Of a DNA stretch of 32,000 bases, positions 18,554 to 27,540 are shown piece after piece. The stretch is from the NCBI GenBank assembly GCA_030668875.1, contig DAOVER010000013.1, positions 30,001 through 62,000 on the forward strand. Reading direction: 5' to 3'. Under the pieces are notes generated by a model. It was not told the DNA's origin. It did not search any database and was given only the letters and a program-made list of their open reading frames with translations. This stretch comes from Candidatus Heimdallarchaeota archaeon (lineage in GTDB: Archaea; Asgardarchaeota; Heimdallarchaeia; Heimdallarchaeales; Heimdallarchaeaceae). Made by a program: the position numbers and the translations under genes. Position 1 is the stretch's first letter. The number at the start of each line of letters is the position of its first letter.

Positions 18554-19923
18554 AGAAAAGTGATGAGATTTTAGAACTATTAAATGATGATGTTAACAGA
18601 TGGAGACTAATTTTAGGTAAATATAGCTATAAACAACTTGAATTTCAAGAAGATAGACAAGATCCACTTTTTGGAAAACCTGACTTATTAACAAATCAAA
18701 AACGACAACAACAAGCTCCTGGTCAAGGTGATGGTCAACGTAAACAACAAATGAAATCTGGATCAAGTCAAGCTCCTGGTCAAGGAACAAAATCTAAAAT
18801 CCCCCAATCAAGGCAAAGGCAAAAAACTTCTGGAAGATCACAGAGAGGAGGAACTGGGGGACAAGGTATGCCAGGAATTAACTCCTTACAACAGATGGAT
18901 GAAACGTTATCATTCTTGTATCAACGCGAATATGAAATGAGAGACGAGCCAGACACAGGACCTAAATCAGCTGGAAAAAGCTCAGGAGGTATTTCTATAC
19001 CTCGTTGGATAAACAATGTAAAGGAACTATTTCCAGATGACGCAGTCAAAATACTGCAAAATGATGCTTTACATCGGTATAAACTCTCCCAACTTGTGAT
19101 TGATGGAGATATGATCGATGAAATAGAACATGATTTTGACTTACTAAAAGCAATTTTAGAATTCAAGAATCTAATGAAACCAGATGTTCTGGAAAAAGCT
19201 AAAAAAATAATTCGTAAAATTGCCCAACAGCTAGCAGATAAAATATTTTTGGAAGTTCAACCTGCTCTACTTGGAAAAATTCACAAAAATGAACATTCTC
19301 CACACAAGAGATTTAATTCAACTGATTGGAAGAGAACAATCGAGCATAATCTCAAGAATTACGATAAAGACATGAAAAAGTTGATCGTTGAACGAATTTT
19401 CTTCTGGGAAAGAAGAAATAAGATGAGATATCATATAGTTCTTGTAATTGATCAGTCAGGGAGTATGACAAGTTCGGTGATATATTCTGCAGTTATGGCT
19501 GGAATATTCAACTCTCTTCCAAATGTAGATGTGTCCCTTGTAGTGTTTGATACTCGTGTTGTGGATTTATCAAATCAAGTAGGAGACATTGTTGAATTAT
19601 TGTTAAAAGTACAACTAGGTGGTGGTACAGATATAGCTTCAGCTGTTGAGTTTTCAGCTAAAAAAGTTGAAACTCCAGAGAGAACTTTATTCATATTACT
19701 TACTGATTTTTATGAAGGTGGAAACCGCCACAAATTGATTGCGACAATTAAAGAATTACAAGCTTCTGGAACAAAAATGATCGGTTTAGCAGCTTTAGAT
19801 TATGATTATGCTGCAAATTATGATCATGAATTAGCACGCAGAGTGGAAGAAGCTGGAATGAAAGTAGCTGTTCTTTCTCCAAAGGATTTAGCAGAATGGG
19901 TAGCTGAAAATATGGGGTCGTGA
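18550..19923 (+). CDS. VWA domain protein, YehP/CoxE-like
   Basis: RWRLILG N-terminus, W...VKELFP, DWKRTIEHNLKNY, MIDAS DQSGSM, GGGTDI, LTDFYEGG; ATGA overlap with the upstream stop. Confidence 0.9.
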   Translation: MKKSDEILELLNDDVNRWRLILGKYSYKQLEFQEDRQDPLFGKPDLLTNQKRQQQAPGQGDGQRKQQMKSGSSQAPGQGTKSKIPQSRQRQKTSGRSQRGGTGGQGMPGINSLQQMDETLSFLYQREYEMRDEPDTGPKSAGKSSGGISIPRWINNVKELFPDDAVKILQNDALHRYKLSQLVIDGDMIDEIEHDFDLLKAILEFKNLMKPDVLEKAKKIIRKIAQQLADKIFLEVQPALLGKIHKNEHSPHKRFNSTDWKRTIEHNLKNYDKDMKKLIVERIFFWERRNKMRYHIVLVIDQSGSMTSSVIYSAVMAGIFNSLPNVDVSLVVFDTRVVDLSNQVGDIVELLLKVQLGGGTDIASAVEFSAKKVETPERTLFILLTDFYEGGNRHKLIATIKELQASGTKMIGLAALDYDYAANYDHELARRVEEAGMKVAVLSPKDLAEWVAENMGS

Positions 19924-19925
19924 AA

Positions 19926-21206
19926 ATGAGTGAAAATGAAATGATAACTGAAAACATGCAAGAAAACCTTCCAGAATTAGATTTGAAACAACTTGACGAA
20001 AAAGAAGAAGAAGTAGTTCCTGAAAGAGTAGAGCTGCCTGAAAATATTGAACCAGCTCTTGATAAAATAAGAGATTGGTTTAACAAACTTTTTCTTTACG
20101 GTGTTCAGAGGATATCCAAGGATAACATCGAAGAGTTACAAGCTCTATCTATCACAGCACACACAATTAAAGTTGCTAGATTAGAAAGAGATATTCAGTC
20201 GATGAGTAAAATACTTGAATTATATTTGAAAAAAGATCCAACATTTAATTTTACACGATTAACATCAACTCTTTCAAGAATTTCATTAACAGCAAAAACA
20301 ATTCATGATTATAAAGAAGGAAAAGAGCTACCGATTCAGCTGATTAAACTACTTACTGGAGCAAAAGAAGAGAAACAAGAATTTGATCTCTTAATTGCCC
20401 AAACTTTAGGCCTAAGTGGCTGGATGACTGATTCAGGATACGTGGGTGTAACTGCCTATTTGTATGACTTGACAAATAAAAGAATCATAGCAGCTACAAA
20501 TGCTCGACCTTTAACATCCTTGCAATATATGAATAATCGCAGAGGTAGATATGGTGGATATAGAAGATCAAGAAGCTCAAGATCTAATCTCAATTCTGAA
20601 CTAAAGAATATAATGCTGATAAATGAATTGGATACTAATTCTAATATCAAAATAAAGGATTTTTCAGCTTCTGCCTTTCAGATTAGAAATGGAAAAATAT
20701 CAAACGATTATCCTGCAAAGCTATCTCTTGGTAAATATCTTCGAGTTCATAGATACAAAGCAATTCCTTGGACTTCTACAAGGTTTCAGAATATTCGTTT
20801 TGATGACTGGAATGAAGTTCACACTAAAATTCAGGAAGTTGAATCTGAAGGAAAAACACTCTTTCCTCAACTTTTTGGGCTGTTCAAGGTGAAGGCTTTT
20901 TCCCCGATGGAACACGATGAAGTTGAAAAAATATACAAATTCAAAGCTTATGATAAAAACTATGACAGCATGAATATAGTGATTCCGGATAAAGGTAGAA
21001 ATCAATATGCAATTGAATCATTCAAAGATTTATTCCAGAATAAGACTTTTCCTTCGATTATCTTTGGCCAAGCTAGAATAGGTTCTGATGGTAATCTGTC
21101 CTTATGGCCCATCAGTGGCATATGGAGCAAAGGTATGATGCTTTCTAATTATAGTATTGTTAGAAGTTGTGATTTCACTCTAAATAAAATGAGGTTCAAA
21201 AGGTGA
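19926..21206 (+). CDS. Hypothetical protein resembling the non-SWIM body of YehQ-like proteins
   Basis: Fourth gene of the operon (GTG 19920 overlaps the upstream TGA; ATG 19926 alternative). GW.TDSGYVGVTAYLYD...TNARP and G.L.LWPIS recall YehQ-type proteins; no CxC...CxH SWIM motif present. Confidence 0.6.
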   Translation: MSENEMITENMQENLPELDLKQLDEKEEEVVPERVELPENIEPALDKIRDWFNKLFLYGVQRISKDNIEELQALSITAHTIKVARLERDIQSMSKILELYLKKDPTFNFTRLTSTLSRISLTAKTIHDYKEGKELPIQLIKLLTGAKEEKQEFDLLIAQTLGLSGWMTDSGYVGVTAYLYDLTNKRIIAATNARPLTSLQYMNNRRGRYGGYRRSRSSRSNLNSELKNIMLINELDTNSNIKIKDFSASAFQIRNGKISNDYPAKLSLGKYLRVHRYKAIPWTSTRFQNIRFDDWNEVHTKIQEVESEGKTLFPQLFGLFKVKAFSPMEHDEVEKIYKFKAYDKNYDSMNIVIPDKGRNQYAIESFKDLFQNKTFPSIIFGQARIGSDGNLSLWPISGIWSKGMMLSNYSIVRSCDFTLNKMRFKR

Positions 21207-21210
21207 GAAA

Positions 21211-23538
21211 ATGGGATTAGTAATAACTGAATCTGAGTCGCTATCAATTGATAGATTTCTTGCTCCTCTAGAAGATATAATAATCAAAATAATACTCATA
21301 GGAGCAGATAGTTTAGAAGATATAGACATTAAAAAACTAGAGGAATTTCAGAAAGAAATAAAATTAATGAATATGAAAAACCTTGGAAATAAAGTAGCTA
21401 CTTTACTAAAACTTCTAAAGAAAAAGGATAAAGTCTGGAATAACGAGGAGAAAGAGGATCTTACAATATTAACAAGTGTACTTCATCAGAGTATCTATCA
21501 AATCAAATCAAAGTTTACAAAGAACAAGGATCTTTCTAAAGACGAGAAAAAGAGTATAATAAAACCCATATCACAAAAAACTGTAAAAGAGCTGGAATTG
21601 ATTCCTTTTGAGATTGAAGCAATTGGTAAGTCTAGAAGTGGAAGTGGTCAATACTCTGGTCAATACTACAAGATTAAAGGAATTAATACAGAGACAAATG
21701 AATGGATAACTGTTATAGATCACTCACAGATTTATGCTTCAAGTGTCAACTCAGCATGGCAAAGTAGTCTGATAAATGACAGGGTGTACTTGAATAAACT
21801 TCTAGGAAATAGACTGAAAATATACAATCTTGTCCTTGAAAAGAACCAACTTTACAGGAAATCCCTAGATTCAAGAAAACAAGGTGATTTTACAGATTTA
21901 ACTCAAGAAGAAAGAAAAAAATTACTTCTTGAATTTAACAAGAAACAAGATAAAACAATTTACAGTATCAAAACTATCTCGAAATTAGAATATTCTCCTA
22001 AATACTCAAGTCCTTTCAGAATGCAAATTAAAGATGAAGGAGGAACTAAGAAAGAGCAAGTAACCTTCTCCAATGATATTTTCTATCATATGTTCTTCAA
22101 TGAAATGAAAAACATACAATTCATAGAGAAGGGAAATTATCGTATACTTTTCCATGAAGGAGACGCATATTTAACTAGTATGAAACTATCATTACCGCAG
22201 ACAATCTGGGATTGGAAAAGAATAATCAAGCTTTGGATTAAGCAAGAAAATGAAACTGCCTTCCTCTTAAATCTCCAGTCATCTGAACAATTGAAAGATG
22301 ATTTAGTTAAGAAAATAAATGAAAAAGCATCTCAAACAAAAATTTCGAATAAAGATATAGAAGAAGATCCCCTTTCTTACTTCATTCAAGAAAAATTATC
22401 AGATTATGTAAACTATCCATGGATTTCAACATTAGACTGGAAAAAACTAGCTCAACCCTATAACAATCTAGAATATCTGAAAAAAATGATAAAAATAGAT
22501 AATTTCCTCCCATCAATTATGATAGCTTTGTCGAAAAATAAAAAACTAAGCTATAAATGTAGAGATGAAAAAATCAATCTTTGGATTCATGAATATCTAG
22601 AAAATATAATAACTCGAAAGAATCTTCGTAACTTTTCGAGACTTGTTAGTCAGAGGATTAGAAGTATCTCACATCCTAAAGAAGTTGTTCTTCTACTAGC
22701 TTTGCATCTAGAAGTTTATGGTTGTCTTACAAATGAAGTAGCAAATTCACTCAAATATTCACCATGCTTTAACAGGAGTAAAAATTTGCGTGATTACATG
22801 GAAGCTAATCCCAAAGATAGATTCTGGTTGAGTTGTATCAGATTATTCTCAGAAGTAGAGATAATTGCTAATTGGGAAAAAGCTGTTAAATCCTGGATGA
22901 AAAATAAAAAAGAACACTTATCTTTATACCTTTTAGCTCAATCTAGATTACTCTCTAAAGATATACGGAAAATCATTTCGTCAAAAATACAAAAAACTCA
23001 ACTTGAGAGTTGTTTAGATAAAGAGGACAATGTTCAGAAATTTATCATTAAAAAGATGTCTAAAATAGGTATTAAGTTACCATGGAAAACTAGTGTTAAC
23101 TTGAAGTCTGATATTCAATCTGTAAAGAATGTAGATAAAACAAATCCCTCAATAACGGACCACTACAGTGGCTTATTGATCTATCTCACAAAAGATAAAA
23201 TAGTTCTAGAAAAATATGAGAAACAGAAGAAATATTGTTGGGGTTTTGCTCTGATAAAGGAATTAATGAATGAAGCGAATATGGATAGATTATGCCGAAT
23301 TACTTCTCAACTAGTTTCAAGTTCTCCAAAATCTTCATCATATCTATGGGCTCTATTCAAAGAACACTATGAAGATATACCAAAACCATTACTGCAAAGG
23401 ATAAAGAACTCAAGAGCAGTAACTGATTGTAAACAATTAAATGCTTATATCGAATCAGGAATAGAAGAAAGATTCTACTATTCTTGTTTAGCTTTGATAA
23501 ATGAAAAAGAACTTGAACCAACGTTAAATGTGCACTAA
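21211..23538 (+). CDS. Large Lys-rich hypothetical protein, probable paralogue of the upstream gene with a long C-terminal extension
   Basis: 775-aa ORF 4 nt after the upstream stop, with an AGGTGA SD; N-terminal pattern parallels the upstream protein (see findings). Confidence 0.7.
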   Translation: MGLVITESESLSIDRFLAPLEDIIIKIILIGADSLEDIDIKKLEEFQKEIKLMNMKNLGNKVATLLKLLKKKDKVWNNEEKEDLTILTSVLHQSIYQIKSKFTKNKDLSKDEKKSIIKPISQKTVKELELIPFEIEAIGKSRSGSGQYSGQYYKIKGINTETNEWITVIDHSQIYASSVNSAWQSSLINDRVYLNKLLGNRLKIYNLVLEKNQLYRKSLDSRKQGDFTDLTQEERKKLLLEFNKKQDKTIYSIKTISKLEYSPKYSSPFRMQIKDEGGTKKEQVTFSNDIFYHMFFNEMKNIQFIEKGNYRILFHEGDAYLTSMKLSLPQTIWDWKRIIKLWIKQENETAFLLNLQSSEQLKDDLVKKINEKASQTKISNKDIEEDPLSYFIQEKLSDYVNYPWISTLDWKKLAQPYNNLEYLKKMIKIDNFLPSIMIALSKNKKLSYKCRDEKINLWIHEYLENIITRKNLRNFSRLVSQRIRSISHPKEVVLLLALHLEVYGCLTNEVANSLKYSPCFNRSKNLRDYMEANPKDRFWLSCIRLFSEVEIIANWEKAVKSWMKNKKEHLSLYLLAQSRLLSKDIRKIISSKIQKTQLESCLDKEDNVQKFIIKKMSKIGIKLPWKTSVNLKSDIQSVKNVDKTNPSITDHYSGLLIYLTKDKIVLEKYEKQKKYCWGFALIKELMNEANMDRLCRITSQLVSSSPKSSSYLWALFKEHYEDIPKPLLQRIKNSRAVTDCKQLNAYIESGIEERFYYSCLALINEKELEPTLNVH

Positions 23539-23549
23539 TCTATAGATGG

Positions 23550-23576
23550 TTCTTTCTTTTTTTCTTTCTTTTTTCT
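23550..23576 (+). terminator. Long T/C tract ending the five-gene operon
   Basis: TTCTTTCTTTTTTTCTTTCTTTTTTCT about 12 nt after the stop at 23538. Confidence 0.55.
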
Positions 23577-23658
23577 AGTCTATTACTTGGAATTAAATGA
23601 GATAAGGTTTATTAAAAACCTTGAAATTTCAAAGTCCTAAATAAATGGTGATTTTGCT

Positions 23659-24558
23659 TTGAGCAAAGATAAAACATACAAAGATAACAAGTTAATATCT
23701 CTGATATTATGTCTGATATCCTATACTTTAGCAATTGGAGCTGCTATAGGTATTGGAATTGCATTACATCCTCTACTACATCCAATCTTGACTGCCTTTA
23801 TTGTTGATGTAATAGCAACTGTGATAATATTTAGCATTAGTGTTTTCTTCAAGAATACTAGTCTTTATGATCCCTACTGGAGTTTTATTCCAATACCCAT
23901 CATATTGTATTGGTTAATCACAGCTGATAATTACCCAACAATAACAATAAGACAGATAGTAATAATAGCAATAGTAGCTATTTGGGGGATAAGGTTGACT
24001 TTTAACTGGATTAGGGGTTGGAAAGGCTTAAATCATGAAGATTGGAGATATACGAAATTTAGAGAAGAGAAACCTAGTTTGTTCTGGTTCATAAATTTCA
24101 CAGGATTACAAATGATGCCTACATTGATAGTATTCTTAGGTTGTATTCCTATTTATTTCGGTATAATCTCAACAAGCTCAACATTTACAGTTTTTGATAT
24201 AATTGGTATAATAATAGCTTTGGGAGCAACAATTCTAGAAACAGTAGCAGACGAACAACTCAGAAACTTCGTCAAGAAAAAGCAAAAAAACGAATTTATG
24301 ACAAAAGGAGTATGGTCAGTTACCAGACACCCCAACTACTTTGGAGAAGTTAGTTTCTGGTGGGGCATGTTTTTCTTTGCAATAGCAAATGGAGTATCTA
24401 CTCTATGGGTGGTAGTAGGACCTATAAGTATGACAATATTGTTCTTGATAGTAAGTATCCCCTTGATGGAGAATAGGTTAATGAAGAAATATCCTGGTTA
24501 TACTGACTACAAATCCAGAGTATCTTCATTTATCCCATGGTTTGAGAAGAGAAATTAA
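23659..24558 (+). CDS. DUF1295 / steroid 5-alpha-reductase-like membrane protein
   Basis: NTSLYDPYWS, WGIRLT, EDWRY, ADEQL, GVWSVTRHPNYFGEVSFWWG, SIPLME, Y...VSSFIPW. Confidence 0.9.
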   Translation: MSKDKTYKDNKLISLILCLISYTLAIGAAIGIGIALHPLLHPILTAFIVDVIATVIIFSISVFFKNTSLYDPYWSFIPIPIILYWLITADNYPTITIRQIVIIAIVAIWGIRLTFNWIRGWKGLNHEDWRYTKFREEKPSLFWFINFTGLQMMPTLIVFLGCIPIYFGIISTSSTFTVFDIIGIIIALGATILETVADEQLRNFVKKKQKNEFMTKGVWSVTRHPNYFGEVSFWWGMFFFAIANGVSTLWVVVGPISMTILFLIVSIPLMENRLMKKYPGYTDYKSRVSSFIPWFEKRN

Positions 24559-24637
24559 CACTCTTCCTCTAATACCAACAGCAACTTTTATTTCTAACCT
24601 ATTTCTAGTTAAGCTAAAACCCAATGAAAGTGGTACC

Positions 24638-25642
24638 ATGATTGAAAGTAAAGCTAAACCGAAATTAAAAACAAAACATATAATTTATATCGTTTTTGGG
24701 GTAATCTTTCTTGCTCTATTAGTACTTTTCTTCTACAGCAGATTTGTTCCCGGTAACTTTATTGAAAACTACTACAACGATAATGCAGCGGAAGGAGCAG
24801 CTACATTCAATGAAATGATGAGTAATTTTGTAGATTCATTTTTCATCTATACACTAATCGCAGTAGTGATTATTTGGCTTGTAGAAATATCTCTAAGGAC
24901 TTTTAAACATAAGATAAGTGACGATATTGAAAATACTATCCGAGTTCTGATAAGATTCATCGTGATAATTTTCTTTGTTGTAGCATATTTGAATAAACTT
25001 GAAAGCTTTCAAGGAGCAGTCATAGGTGTGATGGCAACAGTTGGTGCAGCTTTTGGTATTGCTGCTTCAAGATCCCTAAGTAATGTCTTTTCAGGTCTTC
25101 ATCTTGTTTTGAGTAAGCATCATAACGTTGGTGATTACTTGATTATTAATGATATGAATATTGAAGGAGTTGTAAAAGAAATTTCTACAAGTTTTGTTAC
25201 CATCCTTCAACCTAATAAAACAACAGCTGTTATACCTACAGATAAACTACGTGAAGAGGAAGTTTTAAACATTAAAGTAGAGAGCATTGAAACTGAGAAA
25301 GACGGTATAACTCATTTATTTTTATATGGAAAAAGAGTCAAGGAAACTCATTATGTGTATCCTGTAAAATGGGCTACTCACTCAGATGATCGACACTCTC
25401 ACGCTGTAAAAGCAATTATGGAAACTGGTGAAGATTTCAAGGATTATATAGCTGATGAAGTAGATTGGATGATATATGAACGTGATAGACTTAATAGAAG
25501 ATACTTGATAAGTTTAACAGTTCTCGACCCTAAGGTTTTACTCCACTTAGCTTCTGATTTCACTCGTATATTAGAAGCAAACTACGAAAAAATCAAGTAT
25601 TCCAACAAAAAGAAATCTACAAGTAAGAAATCTGACGTATAA
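24638..25642 (+). CDS. Small-conductance mechanosensitive channel (MscS) family protein
   Basis: N-terminal TMs, GAAFGIAASRSLSNVFSG, VGDYLII...EGVVKEI...VIPTDKL beta-domain. Start moved from 24542 to ATG 24638 to remove the overlap. Confidence 0.82.
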   Translation: MIESKAKPKLKTKHIIYIVFGVIFLALLVLFFYSRFVPGNFIENYYNDNAAEGAATFNEMMSNFVDSFFIYTLIAVVIIWLVEISLRTFKHKISDDIENTIRVLIRFIVIIFFVVAYLNKLESFQGAVIGVMATVGAAFGIAASRSLSNVFSGLHLVLSKHHNVGDYLIINDMNIEGVVKEISTSFVTILQPNKTTAVIPTDKLREEEVLNIKVESIETEKDGITHLFLYGKRVKETHYVYPVKWATHSDDRHSHAVKAIMETGEDFKDYIADEVDWMIYERDRLNRRYLISLTVLDPKVLLHLASDFTRILEANYEKIKYSNKKKSTSKKSDV

Positions 25643-25695
25643 ATCTTTAATCCTCTTCTTTCTTTTTTGGATATTGAAACAAATCGAAATTTCTA

Positions 25696-26733
25696 TTATC
25701 TATCATTATTTTGCTTTAAACCTCTTAACCATAGGAACAAATCGATTTTGCAATTGGGACATTTACTATTCTGCTCTAACCATGTTATGAGGTGTTTTTT
25801 ATGTGAATATGTCTCACAACATGGTGTTTTAACAACTACATTCTTTTCAGAAGGTTTTAAGTCAAGCAAACAGACTTTGCATGTTGGTCTATGAGCACCA
25901 CATTGATCACATGTCTCCTCATTTGCTTCAAAAACATTACCACACTGATAACAAAGGATTTCCTCAACTTCTATGTCATCAAAATCCCTCTGTAGAAGAT
26001 TTGTATATATCTTCTCAAGAAGCTCAAGATATGTTGATACTTTTTCACTATTATTAAAACGAGCATTTACAAATTTACGATTCATTGTAAATTGCTTCAA
26101 ATCTTTTTTCAAATTAATTAGCATATTGTTAATTTCTTCTTTTTCAAGTAGACTCTCATAGAACGAGTGATGATTTGAATGAAAAATGTAGAACTCACTG
26201 GAACTAGGTAAATCAACATCATTACCAGTATCAATCTTCTTTCTAGTTTTCCGCTTTATACTGAAAGCTAATGGATAATCTGCTTTCATCATCGTATCTA
26301 TAGCTATTTCATTTACTGAAAGAACTTTTATTGTTGTTCTATGAAAGAAATTGTATTTATGCTTCTCAGGGAAATAAAAAATAATTCTAGGAACTTGATC
26401 AAGCTGTTTTTCTATAATATCTCCACCAAGTTCTCTAATGTTAAATGCAATTTTAGTGAGTATCTTTTCTTTATCAGTAACCAGATCCTTAACATGGTCG
26501 ATATAGACTTCTGTTAATTTGGAAGGCTTACGAGTTTCTCTCTTCAATTTAACATACCAATAAATACGCAAAAAAATGGGGATAATTATGATACATCCTA
26601 CAACATAGAAAAGGAAATAATAGAACCTGAAGTTATTGCCAACTAAATCATATGAAATGAAAAATCCACCAGCGATGACAGCAATTATAAAAATTGCTGA
26701 TAGAAGGCGTTTTAGATAATATTTATTCATCAT
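25696..26733 (-). CDS. Membrane-anchored protein with C-terminal Zn-ribbon and RING finger (putative E3 ubiquitin ligase)
   Basis: Two N-terminal TM helices; CYQC...CDQC ribbon; RING-type CKVC-x16-CC-x4-H-x2-H-x3-W-x6-CPNC. Start ATG 26733 or 26730. Confidence 0.82.
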   Translation of the reverse strand: MMNKYYLKRLLSAIFIIAVIAGGFFISYDLVGNNFRFYYFLFYVVGCIIIIPIFLRIYWYVKLKRETRKPSKLTEVYIDHVKDLVTDKEKILTKIAFNIRELGGDIIEKQLDQVPRIIFYFPEKHKYNFFHRTTIKVLSVNEIAIDTMMKADYPLAFSIKRKTRKKIDTGNDVDLPSSSEFYIFHSNHHSFYESLLEKEEINNMLINLKKDLKQFTMNRKFVNARFNNSEKVSTYLELLEKIYTNLLQRDFDDIEVEEILCYQCGNVFEANEETCDQCGAHRPTCKVCLLDLKPSEKNVVVKTPCCETYSHKKHLITWLEQNSKCPNCKIDLFLWLRGLKQNNDR

Positions 26734-26822
26734 AGAACACATATAATATTCTTAACAGATAATATATACATTTCCAATTAAATTTACAAAACCTTAAAAA
26801 ATTCAAACAGCGTTTCAGTATC

Positions 26823-27461
26823 GTGAAACACAAAAATCCTTACGAAATTTGCATTTGGGAGAGTGAAGAAAATTGTACTGATTGTGGATTGAAAGGTAGA
26901 TTACATTGTCATATAAATATTAAATACTCAATAATTTTTGGAATACCTTTCTTTATTGCATTTATACCTGCATTTGTAGGTTTGATACTTTTAGGATTTC
27001 CGTTAAACCTAATATCTATACTATCTTGGATGGGATACATAGTGTTTTTCTTTCTAGTCTGGGAACCTCGAATACTCTGCTCTCATTGTCCTTATTATGC
27101 TGAAGGTAAGAGCAAAACTTTGCATTGCTCAATCAATTATGGATTTTTAAAAACTTCTAAATTTAAACCAGGTCCAATGAGTATGTTTGAGAATGTGCAA
27201 TTTCTTGTAGGTGCAAATATTATTTTCTTAATCCCAATAGTATTTTTGATTGTAGGGCAATTGTGGATCTATCTAGGCGTAACATCGTTCGGTATTGTGC
27301 TCTGGTATATCTTCGTTCAACTGTTTGTATGCAAAGATTGCGTGAACTTCTCCTGTATCTTGAATAGAGTACCTAAGAAAGAAAGAGATGCATTTCTAAA
27401 GAAAAATCCTGTAATGTACAAAGCTTGGAAGCAAAGTGGATATCAGTTTGATGATGCTTGA
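26823..27461 (+). CDS. Cys-rich four-TM hypothetical membrane protein
   Basis: Cys clusters CIW..ENCTDC..LHCH, LCSHCPYY..LHC and CKDCVNFSC flank two hydrophobic hairpins; GTG start. Confidence 0.75.
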   Translation: MKHKNPYEICIWESEENCTDCGLKGRLHCHINIKYSIIFGIPFFIAFIPAFVGLILLGFPLNLISILSWMGYIVFFFLVWEPRILCSHCPYYAEGKSKTLHCSINYGFLKTSKFKPGPMSMFENVQFLVGANIIFLIPIVFLIVGQLWIYLGVTSFGIVLWYIFVQLFVCKDCVNFSCILNRVPKKERDAFLKKNPVMYKAWKQSGYQFDDA

Positions 27462-27512
27462 ATCTTCCGCCTTATTCTGCATTAACACGTAGGTTCAGAG
27501 AGAGTTTTTAGG

Positions 27513-27534
27513 TTTAAATAATGTAATAAGGAGG
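27513..27534 (+). promoter_or_regulatory. Candidate TATA box and SD upstream of tnpB
   Basis: TTTAAATA at 27513-27520 preceded by purines, and AGGAGG at 27529-27534, before ATG 27541. Confidence 0.45.
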
Positions 27535-27540
27535 GTAGTA

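Noticed and set aside
27462-27540. Precise left end, TAM or target-site duplication of the tnpB element; TTCCGC (27465) / GCGGAA (28804) as terminal inverted repeats
   Set aside because: Only weak TCTG/CAGA pairing was seen; IS200/IS605 elements lack TIRs and TSDs, and a 6-bp match is expected by chance.
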